This document shows, piece after piece, positions 40,501-55,500 of a stretch of DNA of 64,000 nt. The number at the start of each line of letters is the position of its first letter. Position 1 is the first letter of the stretch. The notes beneath the pieces were generated by a model. That model ran no database searches. It was not told the origin of the DNA and worked only from the letters and a program-made list of their open reading frames with translations. The translations under genes were made by a program, and so were the position numbers. This stretch comes from Eledone cirrhosa (Eukaryota), in the NCBI GenBank assembly GCA_964016885.1, contig OZ024745.1, positions 22,692,001 through 22,756,000 on the forward strand, in the 5' to 3' direction.

Positions 40501-43500
40501 TTGATGTAGCTATTCCAGACTGTTTCTATACTAGAGTTATATTGTTGTAGCTAGTCCAGACTGTTTCTATACTAGAGTTATATTGTGTTGTCGCTATTCC
40601 AGACTGTTTCTATGCTAGAGTTATATTGTGTTGTAGCTAGTCCAGACTGTTTCTATACTAGAGTTGTATTGTTGTAGCTAGTCCAGACTGTTTCTATGCT
40701 AGAGTTATATTGTAGTAGCTAGTACAGTCTGTTTCTATACTAGAGTTATATTGTGTTGTAGCTAGTCCACACTGTTTCTATACTAGAGTTATATTGTGTT
40801 TTAGCTATTCCAGACTGTTTCTATACTAGAGTTATATTGTTGTAGCTATTCCAGACTGTTTCTATGCTAGAGTTATATTGTTGTAGCTATTCCAGACTGT
40901 TTCTATGCTAGAGTTATATTGTGTTTTAGCTATTCCAGACTGTTTCTATGCTAGAGTTATGTTGTGTTCTAGCTATTCCAGACTGTTTCTATGCTAGAGT
41001 TATATTGTGTTCTAGCTATTCCAGACTGTTTCTATACTATAGTTATATTGTGTTTTAACTATTCCAGACTGTTTCTATGCTAGAGTTATATTGTGTTCTA
41101 GCTAGTCCAGACTGTTTCTATACTATAGTTATATTGTGTTCTAGCTATTCCAGACTGTTTCTATACTAGAGATATATTGTGTTGTAGCTAGTCTAGACTG
41201 TTTCTATGCTAGAGTTATATTGTGTTGTAGCTAGTCCAGACTGTTTCTATACTAGAGTTATATTGTTGTAGCTAGTCCAGACTGCTTCTATTCTAGAGTT
41301 ATATTGTTGTAGCTATTCCAGACTGTTTCTATGCTAGAGTTATATTGTTGTAGCTAGTCCAGACTGTTTCTATACTAGAGTTATATTGTTGTAGCTATTC
41401 CAGACTATTTCTATGCTAGAGTTATATTGTTGTAGCTATTCCAGACTGTTTCTATACTAGAGTTATATTGTTGTAGCTAGTCCAGACTGTTTCTATACTA
41501 GAGTTATATTGTGTTGTCGCTAGTCCAGATTGTTTCTATGCTAGAGTTATATTGTGTTGTAGCTAGTCCAGACTGTTTCTATACTAGAGTTATATTGTTG
41601 TAGCTAGTCCAGACTGCTTCTATTCTAGCGTTATATTGTTGTAGCTATTCCAGACTGTTTCTATACTAGAGTTATATTGTGTTGTAGCTAGTCCAGTCTG
41701 TTTCAATGCTAGAGTTATATTGTAGTAGCTAGTCCAGACTGTTTCTATACTAGAGTTATATTGTTGTACCTAGTCCAGACTGTTTCTATGCTAGAGTTAT
41801 ATTGTTGTAGCTATTCCAGACTGTTTCTATGCTAGAGTTATATTGTAGTAGCTAGGCCAGACTGTTTCTATAGTAGAGTTATATTGTTGTAGCTAGTCCA
41901 GACTGTTTCTATGCTAGAGTTATATTGTGTTGTAGCTATTCCAGACTGTTTCTTTGCTAGAGTTATATTGTGTTGTAGCTATTCCAGACTGTTTCTATGC
42001 TAGAGTTATATTGTTGTAGCTAATCCAAACTGTTTCTATACTAGAGTTATATTGTGTTGTATCTAGTCCAGACTGTTTCTATGCTAGAGTTATATTGTTG
42101 TAGCTATTCCAGTCTGTTTCTATGCTAGAGTTATATTGTAGTAGCTAGGCCAGACTGTTTCTATACTAGAGTTATATTGTTGTAGCTAGTCCAGACTGTT
42201 TCTATACTAGAGTTATATTGTGTTCTAGCTATTCCAGACTGTTTCTATACTAGAGTTATATTGTTGTAGCTAGTCCACACTGTTTCTATATTAGAGTTAT
42301 ATTGTGTTGTAGCTATTCCAGACTGTTTCTATACTAGAGTTATATTGTTGTAGCTAGTCCAGACTGTTTCTATACTAGAGTTATATTGTTGTAGCTATTC
42401 CAGACTATTTCTATGCTAGAGTTATATTGATGTAGCTATTCCAGACTGTTTCTATACTAGAGTTATATTGTTGTAGCTAGTCCAGACTGTTTCTATACTA
42501 GAGTTATATTGTGTTGTCGCTATTCCAGACTGTTTCTATGCTAGAGTTATATTGTGTTGTAGCTAGTCCAGACTGTTTCTATACTAGAGTTGTATTGTTG
42601 TAGCTAGTCCAGACTGTTTCTATGCTAGAGTTATATTGTAGTAGCTAGTCCAGTCTGTTTCTATACTAGAGTTATATTGTGTTGTAGCTAGTCCACACTG
42701 TTTCTATACTAGAGTTATATTGTGTTTTAGCTATTCCAGACTGTTTCTATACTAGAGTTATATTGTTGTAGCTATTCCAGACTGTTTCTATGCTAGAGTT
42801 ATATTGTTGTAGCTATTCCAGACTGTTTCTATGCTAGAGTTATATTGTGTTTTAGCTATTCCAGACTGTTTCTATGCTAGAGTTATGTTGTGTTCTAGCT
42901 ATTCCAGACTGTTTCTATGCTAGAGTTATATTGTGTTCTAGCTATTCCAGACTGTTTCTATACTATAGTTATATTGTGTTTTAACTATTCCAGACTGTTT
43001 CTATGCTAGAGTTATATTGTGTTCTAGCTAGTCGAGACTGTTTCTATACTATAGTTATATTGTGTTCTACCTATTCCAGACTGTTTCTATACTAGAGATA
43101 TATTGTGTTGTAGCTAGTCTAGACTGTTTCTATGCTAGAGTTATATTGTGTTGTAGCTAGTCCAGACTGTTTCTATACTAGAGTTATATTGTTGTAGCTA
43201 GTCCAGACTGCTTCTATTCTAGAGTTATATTGTTGTAGCTATTCCAGACTGTTTCTATGCTAGAGTTATATTGTTGTAGCTAGTCCAGACTGTTTCTATA
43301 CTAGAGTTATATTGTTGTAGCTATTCCAGACTATTTCTATGCTAGAGTTATATTGTTGTAGCTATTCCAGACTGTTTCTATACTAGAGTTATATTGTTGT
43401 AGCTAGTCCAGACTGTTTCTATACTAGAGTTATATTGTGTTGTCGCTAGTCCAGACTGTTTCTATGCTAGAGTTATATTGTGTTGTAGCTAGTCCAGACT

Positions 43501-46500
43501 GTTTCTATACTAGAGTTATATTGTTGTAGCTAGTCCAGACTGCTTCTATTCTAGCGTTATATTGTTGTAGCTATTCCAGACTGTTTCTATGCTAGAGCTA
43601 TATTGTGTTGTAGCTAGTCCAGACTGTTTCTATGCTAGAGTTATATTGTTGTCGCTAGTCCAGACTGTTTCTATACTAGAGTTATATTGTTGTAGCTATT
43701 CCAGACTGTTTCTATGCTAGAGTTATATTGTTGTAGCTAGTCCAGACTGTTTCTATACTAGAGTTATATTGTGTTTTAGCTATTCCAGGCTGTTTCTATG
43801 CTAGAGTTATATTGTGTTCTAGCTATTCCAGACTGTTTCTATACTAGAGATATATTGTGTTGTAGCTTTTCCAGACTGTTTCTATGCTAGAGTTATATTG
43901 TTGTAGCTAGTCCAGACTGTTTCTATGCTAGAGTTATATTGTTGTAGCTATTCCAGACTGGTTCTATACTATAGTTATATTGTTGTAGCTAGTCCAGACT
44001 GTTTCTATACTAGAGTTATATTGTTGTAGCTAGTCCAGACTGTTTCTATGCTAGAGTTATATTGCTGTAGCTATTCCAGACTGTTTCTATACTATAGTTA
44101 TATTGTTGTAGCTAGTCCAGACTGTTTCTATGCTAGAGTTATATTGTTGTAGCTAGTCCAGACTGTTTCTATACTAGAGTTATATTGTGTTGTAGCTATT
44201 CCAGACTGTTTCTATACTAGAGTTATATTGTTGTAGCTATTGCAGACTGTTTCTATGCTAGAGTTATATTGTTGTAGCTATTCCAGACTGTTTCTATACT
44301 AGAGTTATATTGTGTTGTAGCTAGTCCAGACTGTTTCTATACTAGAGTTATATTGTTGTAGCTAGTCCAGACTGTTTTTATGCTAGAGTTATATTGTGTT
44401 GTAGCTAGTCCAGACTGTTTCTATACTAGAGTTATATTGTTGTAGCTATTTCAGACTGTTTCTATGCTAGAGTTATATTGTTGTAGCTATTCCAGACTGT
44501 TTCTATACTAGAGTTATATTGTTGTAGCTAGTCCAGACTGTTTCTATACTAGAGTTATATTGTGTTGTCGCTAGTCCAGACTGTTTCTATGCTAGAGTTA
44601 TATTGTGTTGTAGCTAGTCCAGACTGTTTCTATACTAGAGTTATATTGTTGTAGCTAGTCCAGACTGCTTCTATTCTAGCGTTATATTGTTGTAGCTATT
44701 CCAGACTGTTTCTATACTAGAGTTATATTGTGTTGTAGCTAGTCCAGTCTGTTTCAATGCTAGAGTTATATTGTAGTAGCTAGTCCAGACTGTTTCTATA
44801 CTAGAGTTATATTGTTGTACCTAGTCCAGACTGTTTCTATGCTAGAGTTATATTGTTGTAGCTATTCCAGACTGTTTCTATGCTAGAGTTATATTGTAGT
44901 AGCTAGGCCAGACTGTTTCTATACTAGAGTTATATTGTTGTAGCTAGTCCAGACTGTTTCTATGCTAGAGTTATATTGTGTTGTAGCTATTCCAGACTGT
45001 TTCTTTGCTAGAGTTATATTGTGTTGTAGCTATTCCAGACTGTTTCTATGCTAGAGTTATATTGTTGTAGCTAATCCAAACTGTTTCTATACTAGAGTTA
45101 TATTGTGTTGTATCTAGTCCAGACTGTTTCTATGCTAGAGTTATATTGTTGTAGCTATTCCAGACTGTTTCTATGCTAGAGTTATATTGTAGTAGCTAGG
45201 CCAGACTGTTTCTATACTAGAGTTATATTGTTGTAGCTAGTCCAGACTGTTTCTATACTAGAGTTATATTGTGTTCTAGCTATTCCAGACTGTTTCTATA
45301 CTAGAGTTATATTGTTGTAGCTAGTCCACACTGTTTCTATATTAGAGTTATATTGTGTTGTAGCTATTCCAGACTGTTTCTATACTAGAGTTATATTGTT
45401 GTAGCTAGTCCAGACTGTTTCTATACTAGAGTTATATTGTTGTAGCTATTCCAGACTATTTCTATGCTAGAGTTATATTGATGTAGCTATTCCAGACTGT
45501 TTCTATACTAGAGTTATATTGTTGTAGCTAGTCCAGACTGTTTCTATACTAGAGTTATATTGTGTTGTCGCTATTCCAGACTGTTTCTATGCTAGAGTTA
45601 TATTGTGTTGTAGCTAGTCCAGACTGTTTCTATACTAGAGTTGTATTGTTGTAGCTAGTCCAGACTGTTTCTATGCTAGAGTTATATTGTAGTAGCTAGT
45701 CCAGTCTGTTTCTATACTAGAGTTATATTGTGTTGTAGCTAGTCCACACTGTTTCTATACTAGAGTTATATTGTGTTTTAGCTATTCCAGACTGTTTCTA
45801 TACTAGAGTTATATTGTTGTAGCTATTCCAGACTGTTTCTATGCTAGAGTTATATTGTTGTAGCTATTCCAGACTGTTTCTATGCTAGAGTTATATTGTG
45901 TTTTAGCTATTCCAGACTGTTTCTATGCTAGAGTTATGTTGTGTTCTAGCTATTCCAGACTGTTTCTATGCTAGAGTTATATTGTGTTCTAGCTATTCCA
46001 GACTGTTTCTATACTATAGTTATATTGTGTTTTAACTATTCCAGACTGTTTCTATGCTAGAGTTATATTGTGTTCTAGCTATTCCAGACTGTTTCTATAC
46101 TATAGTTATATTGTGTTTTAACTATTCCAGACTGTTTCTATGCTAGAGTTATATTGTGTTCTAGCTAGTCGAGACTGTTTCTATACTATAGTTATATTGT
46201 GTTCTACCTATTCCAGACTGTTTCTATACTAGAGATATATTGTGTTGTAGCTAGTCTAGACTGTTTCTATGCTAGAGTTATATTGTGTTGTAGCTAGTCC
46301 AGACTGTTTCTATACTAGAGTTATATTGTTGTAGCTAGTCCAGACTGCTTCTATTCTAGAGTTATATTGTTGTAGCTAGTCCAAACTGTTTCTATGCTAG
46401 AGTTATATTGTTGTAGCTAGTCCAGACTGTTTCTATACTAGAGTTATATTGTTGTAGCTATTCCAGACTATTTCTATGCTAGAGTTATATTGTTGTAGCT

Positions 46501-49500
46501 ATTCCAGACTGTTTCTATACTAGAGTTATATTGTTGTAGCTAGTCCAGACTGTTTCTATACTAGAGTTATATTGTGTTGTCGCTAGTCCAGACTGTTTCT
46601 ATGCTAGAGTTATATTGTGTTGTAGCTAGTCCAGACTGTTTCTATACTAGAGTTATATTGTTGTAGCTAGTCCAGACTGCTTCTATTCTAGCGTTATATT
46701 GTTGTAGCTATTCCAGACTGTTTCTATGCTAGAGTTATATTGTTGTAGCTAGTCCAGACTGTTTCTATGCTAGAGCTATATTGTGTTGTAGCTAGTCCAG
46801 ACTGTTTCTATGCTAGAGTTATATTGTTGTCGCTAGTCCAGACTGTTTCTATACTAGAGTTATATTGTTGTAGCTATTCCAGACTGTTTCTATGCTAGAG
46901 TTATATTGTTGTAGCTAGTCCAGACTGTTTCTATACTAGAGTTATATTGTGTTTTAGCTATTCCAGGCTGTTTCTATGCTAGAGTTATATTGTGTTCTAG
47001 CTATTCCAGACTGTTTCTATACTAGAGATATATTGTGTTGTAGCTTTTCCAGACTGTTTCTATGCTAGAGTTATATTGTTGTAGCTAGTCCAGACTGTTT
47101 CTATGCTAGAGTTATATTGTTGTAGCTATTCCAGACTGGTTCTATACTATAGTTATATTGTTGTAGCTAGTCCAGACTGTTTCTATACTAGAGTTATATT
47201 GTTGTAGCTAGTCCAGACTGTTTCTATGCTAGAGTTATATTGCTGTAGCTATTCCAGACTGTTTCTATACTATAGTTATATTGTTGTAGCTAGTCCAGAC
47301 TGTTTCTATGCTAGAGTTATATTGTTGTAGCTAGTCCAGACTGTTTCTATACTAGAGTTATATTGTGTTGTAGCTATTCCAGACTGTTTCTATACTAGAG
47401 TTATATTGTTGTAGCTATTGCAGACTGTTTCTATGCTAGAGTTATATTGTTGTAGCTATTCCAGACTGTTTCTATACTAGAGTTATATTGTGTTGTAGCT
47501 AGTCCAGACTGTTTCTATACTAGAGTTATATTGTTGTAGCTAGTCCAGACTGTTTTTATGCTAGAGTTATATTGTGTTGTAGCTAGTCCAGACTGTTTCT
47601 ATACTAGAGTTATATTGTTGTAGCTATTCCAGACTGTTTCTATGCTAGAGTTATATTGTAGTAGCTAGTCCAGACTGTTTCTATACTAGGGTTATATTGG
47701 TGTAGCTAGTCCAGATTGTTTCTATACTAGAGTTATATTGTTGTAGCTATTCCAGACTGTTTCTATACTAGAGTTATATTGTGTTCTGGCTATTCCAGAC
47801 TGTTTCTACGCTAGAGTTATATTGTGTTCTGGCTATTCCAGACTGTTTCTACGCTAGAGTTATATTGTTGTAGCTAGTCCAGACTGTTTCTATACTAGAG
47901 TTATATTGTTGTAGCTAGTCCAGACTGTTTCTATGCTAGAGTTATATTGTTGTAGCTAGTCCAGACTGTTTCTATACTAGAGTTATATTGTTGTAGCTAG
48001 TCCAGACTGTTTCTATACTAGTGTTATATTGTTGTAGCTATTCCAGACTGTTTCTATGCTAGAGTTATATTGTTGTAGCTATTCCAGACTGTTTCTATAC
48101 TAGAGTTATATTGTAGTAGCTAGTCCAGACTGATTCTATACCAAAGTTATATTGTTGTAGCTATTCCAGACTGTTTCTATACTAGAGTTATATTGTTGTA
48201 GCTAGTCCAGACTGTTTCTATGCTAGAGTTATATTGTTGTAGCTATTCCAGACTGTTTCTATACTAGAGTTATATCGTGTTGTAGCTAGTCCAGACTGTT
48301 TCTATACTAGAGTTTTATTGTTGTAGCTATTCCAGACTGTTTCTATGCTAGAGTTATATTGTTTTGGCTATGCCAGACTGTTTCTATGCTAGAGTTATAT
48401 TGTGTTGTAGCTAGTCCATACTGTTTCTATACTAGAGTTATATTGTGTTTTAGCTAGTCCAGACTGTTTCTATGCTAGAGTTATATTGTGTTCTAGCTAT
48501 TCCAGACTGTTTCTATACTAGAGTTATATTGTTGTAGCTATTCCAGACTGTTTCTATACTAGAGTTATATTGTTGTAGCTAGTCCAGACTGCTTCTATGC
48601 TAGAGTTATATTGTTGTAGCTATTCCAGACTGTTTCTATACTAGAGTTATATTGTGTTGTAGCTAGTCCAGACTGTTTCTATACTAGAGTTATATTGTTG
48701 TAGCTATTCCAGACTGTTTCTATACTAGAGTTATATTGTGTTGTATCTAGTCCAGACTGTTTCTATGCTAGAGTTATATTGTGTTCTAGGTAGTCCAGAC
48801 TGTTTCTATGCTAGAGTTATATTGTTGTAGCTATTCCAGACTGTTTCTATACTAGAGTTATATTGTGTTCTAGCTATTCCAGACTGTTTCTATACTATAG
48901 TTATATTGTGTTGTAGCTATTCCAGACTGTTTCTATACTAGAGTCATATTGTGTTGTAGCTATTCCAGACTGTTTCTATGCTAGAGTTATATTGTTGTAG
49001 CTAGTCCAGACTGATTCTATACTAGAGTTATATTGTGTTGTAGCTAGTCCAGACTTTTTCTACACTAGAGTTATATTGTGTTCTAGCTATTCCAGACTTT
49101 TTCTATACTAGAGTTATATTGTTGTAGCTAGTCCAGACTGTTTCTATACTAGAGTTATATTGTTGTAGCTAGTCCAGACTGTTACTATGCTAGAGTTATA
49201 TTGTTGTAGCTATTCCAGACTGTTTCTATACTAGAGTTATATTGTGTTGTAGCTGTGCCAGACTGTTTCTATGCTAGAGTTATATTGTGTTTTAGCTAGT
49301 CCATACTGTTTCTATACTATAGTTATATTGTGTTTTAGCTAGTCCAGACTGTTTCTATACTAGAGTTATATTGTGTTCTAGCTATTCCAGACTGTTTCTA
49401 TACTAGAGTTATATTGTTGTAGCTAGTCCGGACTGTTTCTATACTAGAGTTATATTGTGTTCTAGCTATTCCAGACTGTTTCTATACTAGAGTTATATTG

Positions 49501-52500
49501 TTGTAGCTAGTCCAGACTGTTTCTATACTAGAGTTATATTGTGTTGTAGCTAGTCCAGACTTTTTCTATACTAGAGTTATATTGTGTTCTAGCTATTCCA
49601 GACTGTTTCTATACTAGAGTTATATTGTAGTAGCTAGTCCAGACTGTTTCTATACTAGAGTTATATTGTGTTGTAGCTATTCCAGACTGTTTCTATACTA
49701 GAATTATATTGTTGTAGCTAGTCCAGACTGTTTCTATGCGAGAGTTATATTGTGTTTTAGCTATTCCAGACTGTTTCTATACTAGAGTTATATTGTGTTT
49801 TAACTAGTCCATACGGTTTCTATACTAGAGTTATATTGTGTTGTAGCTATTCCAGACTGTTTCTATACTAGAGTTATATTGTTGTAGCTTGTCCAGACTG
49901 TTTCTATGCTGGAGTTATATTGTTGTAGCTATTCCAGACTGTTTCTATGCTATAGTTATGTTGTGTTGTAGCTATTCCAGACTATTTCTATACTATAGTT
50001 ATATTGTTGTAGCTAGTCCAGACTGTTTCTATACTAGAGTTATTTTGTGTTGTAGCTATTCCAGACTGTTTCTATACTAGAATTATATTGTTGTAGCTAG
50101 TCCAGACTGTTTCTATGCTAGAGTTATATTGTGTTGTAGCTAGTCCAGACTGTTTCTATACTAGAGTTATATTGTGTTCTAGCTATTCCAGACTGTTTCT
50201 ATACTAGAGTTATATTGTGTTCTAGCTAGTCCAGACTATTTCTATACTAGAGTTATATTGTGTTCTAGCTATTCCAGACTCTTTCTATACTAGAGTTATT
50301 TTGTGTTCTAGCTATTCCAGCCTATTTCTATACTAGAGTTATATTGTGTTCTAGCTATTCCAGACTGTTTCTATACTAGAGTTATATTGTTGTAGCTAAT
50401 CCAGACTGTTTCTATACTAGTGTTATATTGTTGTAGCTAGTCCAGACTGTTTCTATACTAGAGTTATATTATGTTCTAGCTAGTCCAGACTGCTTCTATA
50501 CTAGAGTTATATTGTTGTAGCTCGTCCAGACTGTTTCTATACTAGAGATATATTGTATTCTAGCTAGTCCAGACTGCTTCTATACTAGATTTATATCGTG
50601 TTCTAGCTAGTCCAGACTGTTTCTATACTAGCGTTATATTGTGTTGTAGCTATTCCAGACTGTTTCTATACTAGAGTTATATTGTTGTAGCTAGTCCAGA
50701 CTGTTTCTATACTAGAGTTATATTGTGTTCTAGCTATTCCAGACTGTTTCTATACTAGAGTTATATTGTGTTGTAGGTATTCCCGACTGTTTCTATACTA
50801 GAATTATATTGTTGTAGCTAGTCCAGACTGTTTCTATGCGAGAGTTATATTGTGTTTTAGCTATTCCAGACTGTTTCTATACTAGAGTTATATTGTGTTT
50901 TAGCTAGTCCATACTGTTTCTATACTAGAGTTATATTGTGTTGTAGCTATTCCAGACTGTTTCTATACTAGAGTTATATTGTTGTAGCTTGTCCAGACTG
51001 TTTCTATGCTGGAGTTATATTGTTGTAGCTATTCCAGACTGTTTCTATACTAGAGTTATATTGTGTTGTAGCTATTCCAGTCTGTTTCTATGCTAGAGTT
51101 ATATTGTTGTAGCTAGTCCAGACTGTTTCTATGCTATAGTTATATTGTGTTGTAGCTATTCCAGACTATTTCTATACTATAGTTATATTGTTGTAGCTAG
51201 TCCAGACTGTTTCTATACTAGAGTTATATTGTGTTGTAGCTATTCCAGACTGTTTCTATACTAGAGTTATATTGTTGTAGCTAGTCCAGACTGTTTCTAT
51301 GTTAGAGTTATATTTTTGTAGCTAGTCCAGACTGTTTCTATGCTAGAGTTATATTGTGTTGTAGGTATTCCCGACTGTTTCTATACTAGAATTATATTGT
51401 TGTAGCTAGTCCAGACTGTTTCTATGCGAGAGTTATATTGTGTTTTAGCTATTCCAGACTGTTTCTATACTAGAGTTATATTGTGTTTTAGCTAGTCCAT
51501 ACTGTTTCTATACTAGAGTTATATTGTGTTGTAGCTATTCCAGACTGTTTCTATACTAGAGTTATATTGTTGTAGCTTGTCCAGACTGTTTCTATGCTGG
51601 AGTTATATTGTTGTAGCTATTCCAGACTGTTTCTATACTAGAGTTATATTGTGTTGTAGCTATTCCAGTCTGTTTCTATGCTAGAGTTATATTGTTGTAG
51701 CTAGTCCAGACTGTTTCTATGCTATAGTTATATTGTGTTGTAGCTATTCCAGACTATTTCTATACTATAGTTATATTGTTGTAGCTAGTCCAGACTGTTT
51801 CTATACTAGAGTTATATTGTGTTGTAGCTATTCCAGACTGTTTCTATACTAGAGTTATATTGTTGTAGCTAGTCCAGACTGTTTCTATGTTAGAGTTATA
51901 TTTTTGTAGCTAGTCCAGACTGTTTCTATGCTAGAGTTATATTGTGTTGTAGCTAGTCCAGACTGTTTCTATACTAGAGTTATATTGTTTTCTAGCTATT
52001 CCAGACTGTTTCTATACTAGAGTTATATTGTGTTCTAGCTAGTCCAGACTATTTCTATACTAGAGTTATATTGTTGTAGCTCGTCCAGACTGTTTCTATA
52101 CTAGAGATATATTGTATTCTAGCTAGCCCAGACTGCTTCTATACTAGCGTTATATTGTGTTCTAGCTAGTCCAGACTGTTTCTATACTAGCGTTATATTG
52201 TGTTCTAGCTATTCCAGACTGTTTCTATACTAGAGTTATATTGTTGCAGCTAGTCCAGACTGTTTCTATACTAGAGTTATATTGTGTTCTAGCTTTTCCA
52301 GACTGTTTCTATACTAGAGTTATATTGTGTTGTAGCTATTCCCGACTGTTTCTATACTAGAATTATATTGTTGTAGCTAGTCCAGACTGTTTCTATGCGA
52401 GAGTTATATTGTGTTTTAGCTATTCCAGACTGTTTCTATACTAGAGTTATATTGTGTTTTAGCTAGTCCATACTGTTTCTATACTAGAGTTATATTGTGT

Positions 52501-55500
52501 TGTAGCTATTCCAGACTGTTTCTATACTAGAGTTATATTGTTGTAGCTTGTCCAGACTGTTTCTATGCTGGAGTTATATTGTTGTAGCTATTCCAGACTG
52601 TTTCTATACTAGAGTTATATTGTGTTGTAGCTATTCCAGACTGTTTCTATACTAGAGTTATATTGTTGTAGCTAGTCCAGACTGTTTCTATGCTAGCGTT
52701 ATATTTTTGTAGCTAGTCCAGACTGTTTCTATGCTATAGTTATATTGTGTTGTAGCTAATCCAGACTGTTTCTATACTAGAGTTATATTGTGTTCTAGCT
52801 ATTCCAGACTGTTTCTATACTAGAGTTATATTGTGTTCTAGCTAGTCCAGACTATTTCTATACTAGAGTTATATTGTGTTCTAACTATTCCAGCCTATTT
52901 CTATACTAGAGTTATATTGTGTTCTAGCTATTCCAGACTGTTTCTATACTAGAGTTATATTGTAGTAGCTAATCCAGACTGTTTCTATACTAGAGTTATA
53001 TTGTTGTAGCTAGTCCAGACTGTTTCTATGCTAGAGTTATATTGTGTTCTAGCTAGTCCAGACTGCTTCTATACTAGAGTTATATTGTTGTAGCTAGTCC
53101 AGACTGTTTCTATGCTAGAGTTATATTGTGTTGTAGCTAGTCCAGACTGTTTCTATACTAGAGTTATATTGTGTTCTAGCTATTCCAGACTGTTTCTATA
53201 CTAGAGTTATATTGTGTTCTAGCTAGTCCAGACTATTTCTATACTAGAGTTATATTGTTGTAGCTCGTCCAGACTGTTTCTATACTAGAGATATATTGTA
53301 TTCTAGCCAGTCCAGACTGCTTCTATACTAGCGTTATATTGTGTTCTAGCTAGTCCAGACTGTTTCTATACTAGCGTTATATTGTGTTCTAGCTATTCCA
53401 GACTGTTTCTATACTAGAGTTATATTGTTGCAGCTAGTCCAGACTGTTTCTATACTAGAGTTATATTGTGTTCTAGCTATTCCAGACTGTTTCTATACTA
53501 GAGTTATATTGTGTTGTAGCTATTCCCGACTGTTTCTATACTAGAATTATATTGTTGTAGCTAGTCCAGACTGTTTCTATGCGAGAGTTATATTGTGTTT
53601 TAGCTATTCCAGACTGTTTCTATACTAGAGTTATATTGTGTTTTAGCTAGTCCATACTGTTTCTATACTAGAGTTATATTGTGTTGTAGCTATTCCAGAC
53701 TGTTTCTATACTAGAGTTATATTGTTGTAGCTTATCCAGACTGTTTCTATGCTGGAGTTATATTGTTGTAGCTATTCCAGACTGTTTCTATACTAGAGTT
53801 ATATTGTGTTGTAGCTATTCCAGACTGTTTCTATGCTAGAGTTATATTGTTGTAGCTAGTCCAGACTGTTTCTATGCTATAGTTATATTGTGTTGTAGCT
53901 ATTCCAGACTATTTCTATACTATAGTTATATTGTTGTAGCTAGTCCAGACTGTTTCTATACTAGAGTTATATTGTGTTCTAGCTATTCCAGACTGTTTCT
54001 ATACTAGAGTTATATTGTGTTCTAGCTAGTCCAGACTATTTCTATACTAGAGTTATATTGTGTTCTAGCTATTCCAGCCTATTTCTATACTAGAGTTATA
54101 TTGTGTTCTAGCTATTCCAGACTGTTTCTATGCTAGAGTTATATTGTTGTAGCTAGTCCAGACTGTTTCTATGCTATAGTTATATTGTGTTGTAGCTATT
54201 CCAGACTATTTCTATACTATAGTTATATTGTTGTAGCTAGTCCAGACTGTTTCTATACTAGAGTTATATTGTGTTGTAGCTATTCCAGACTGTTTCTATA
54301 CTAGAGTTATATTGTTGTAGCTAGTCCAGACTGTTTCTATGCTAGAGTTATATTTTTGTAGCTAGTCCAGACTGTTTCTATGCTAGAGTTATATTGTGTT
54401 GTAGCTAGTCCAGACTGTTTCTATACTAGAGTTATATTGTGTTCTAGCTATTCCAGACTGTTTCTATACTAGAGTTATATTGTGTTCTAGCTAGTCCAGA
54501 CTATTTCTATACTAGAGTTATATTGTTGTAGCTCGTCCAGACTGTTTCTATACTAGAGATATATTGTATTCTAGCTAGCCCAGACTGCTTCTATACTAGC
54601 GTTATATTGTGTTCTAGCTAGTCCAGACTGTTTCTATACTAGCGTTATATTGTGTTCTAGCTATTCCAGACTGTTTCTATACTAGAGTTATATTGTTGCA
54701 GCTAGTCCAGACTGTTTCTATACTAGAGTTATATTGTGTTCTAGCTATTCCAGACTGTTTCTATACTAGAGTTATATTGTGTTGTAGCTATTCCCGACTG
54801 TTTCTATACTAGAATTATATTGTTGTAGCTAGTCCAGACTGTTTCTATGCGAGAGTTATATTGTGTTTTAGCTATTCCAGACTGTTTCTATACTAGAGTT
54901 ATATTGTGTTTTAGCTAGTCCATACTGTTTCTATACTAGAGTTATATTGTGTTGTAGCTATTCCAGACTGTTTCTATACTAGAGTTATATTGTTGTAGCT
55001 TGTCCAGACTGTTTCTATGCTGGAGTTATATTGTTGTAGCTATTCCAGACTGTTTCTATACTAGAGTTATATTGTGTTGTAGCTATTCCAGACTGTTTCT
55101 ATACTAGAGTTATATTGTTGTAGCTAGTCCAGACTGTTTCTATGCTAGCGTTATATTTTTGTAGCTAGTCCAGACTGTTTCTATGCTATAGTTATATTGT
55201 GTTGTAGCTAATCCAGACTGTTTCTATACTAGAGTTATATTGTGTTCTAGCTATTCCAGACTGTTTCTATACTAGAGTTATATTGTGTTCTAGCTAGTCC
55301 AGACTATTTCTATACTAGAGTTATATTGTGTTCTAACTATTCCAGCCTATTTCTATACTAGAGTTATATTGTGTTCTAGCTATTCCAGACTGTTTCTATA
55401 CTAGAGTTATATTGTAGTAGCTAATCCAGACTGTTTCTATACTAGAGTTATATTGTTGTAGCTAGTCCAGACTGTTTCTATGCTAGAGTTATATTGTGTT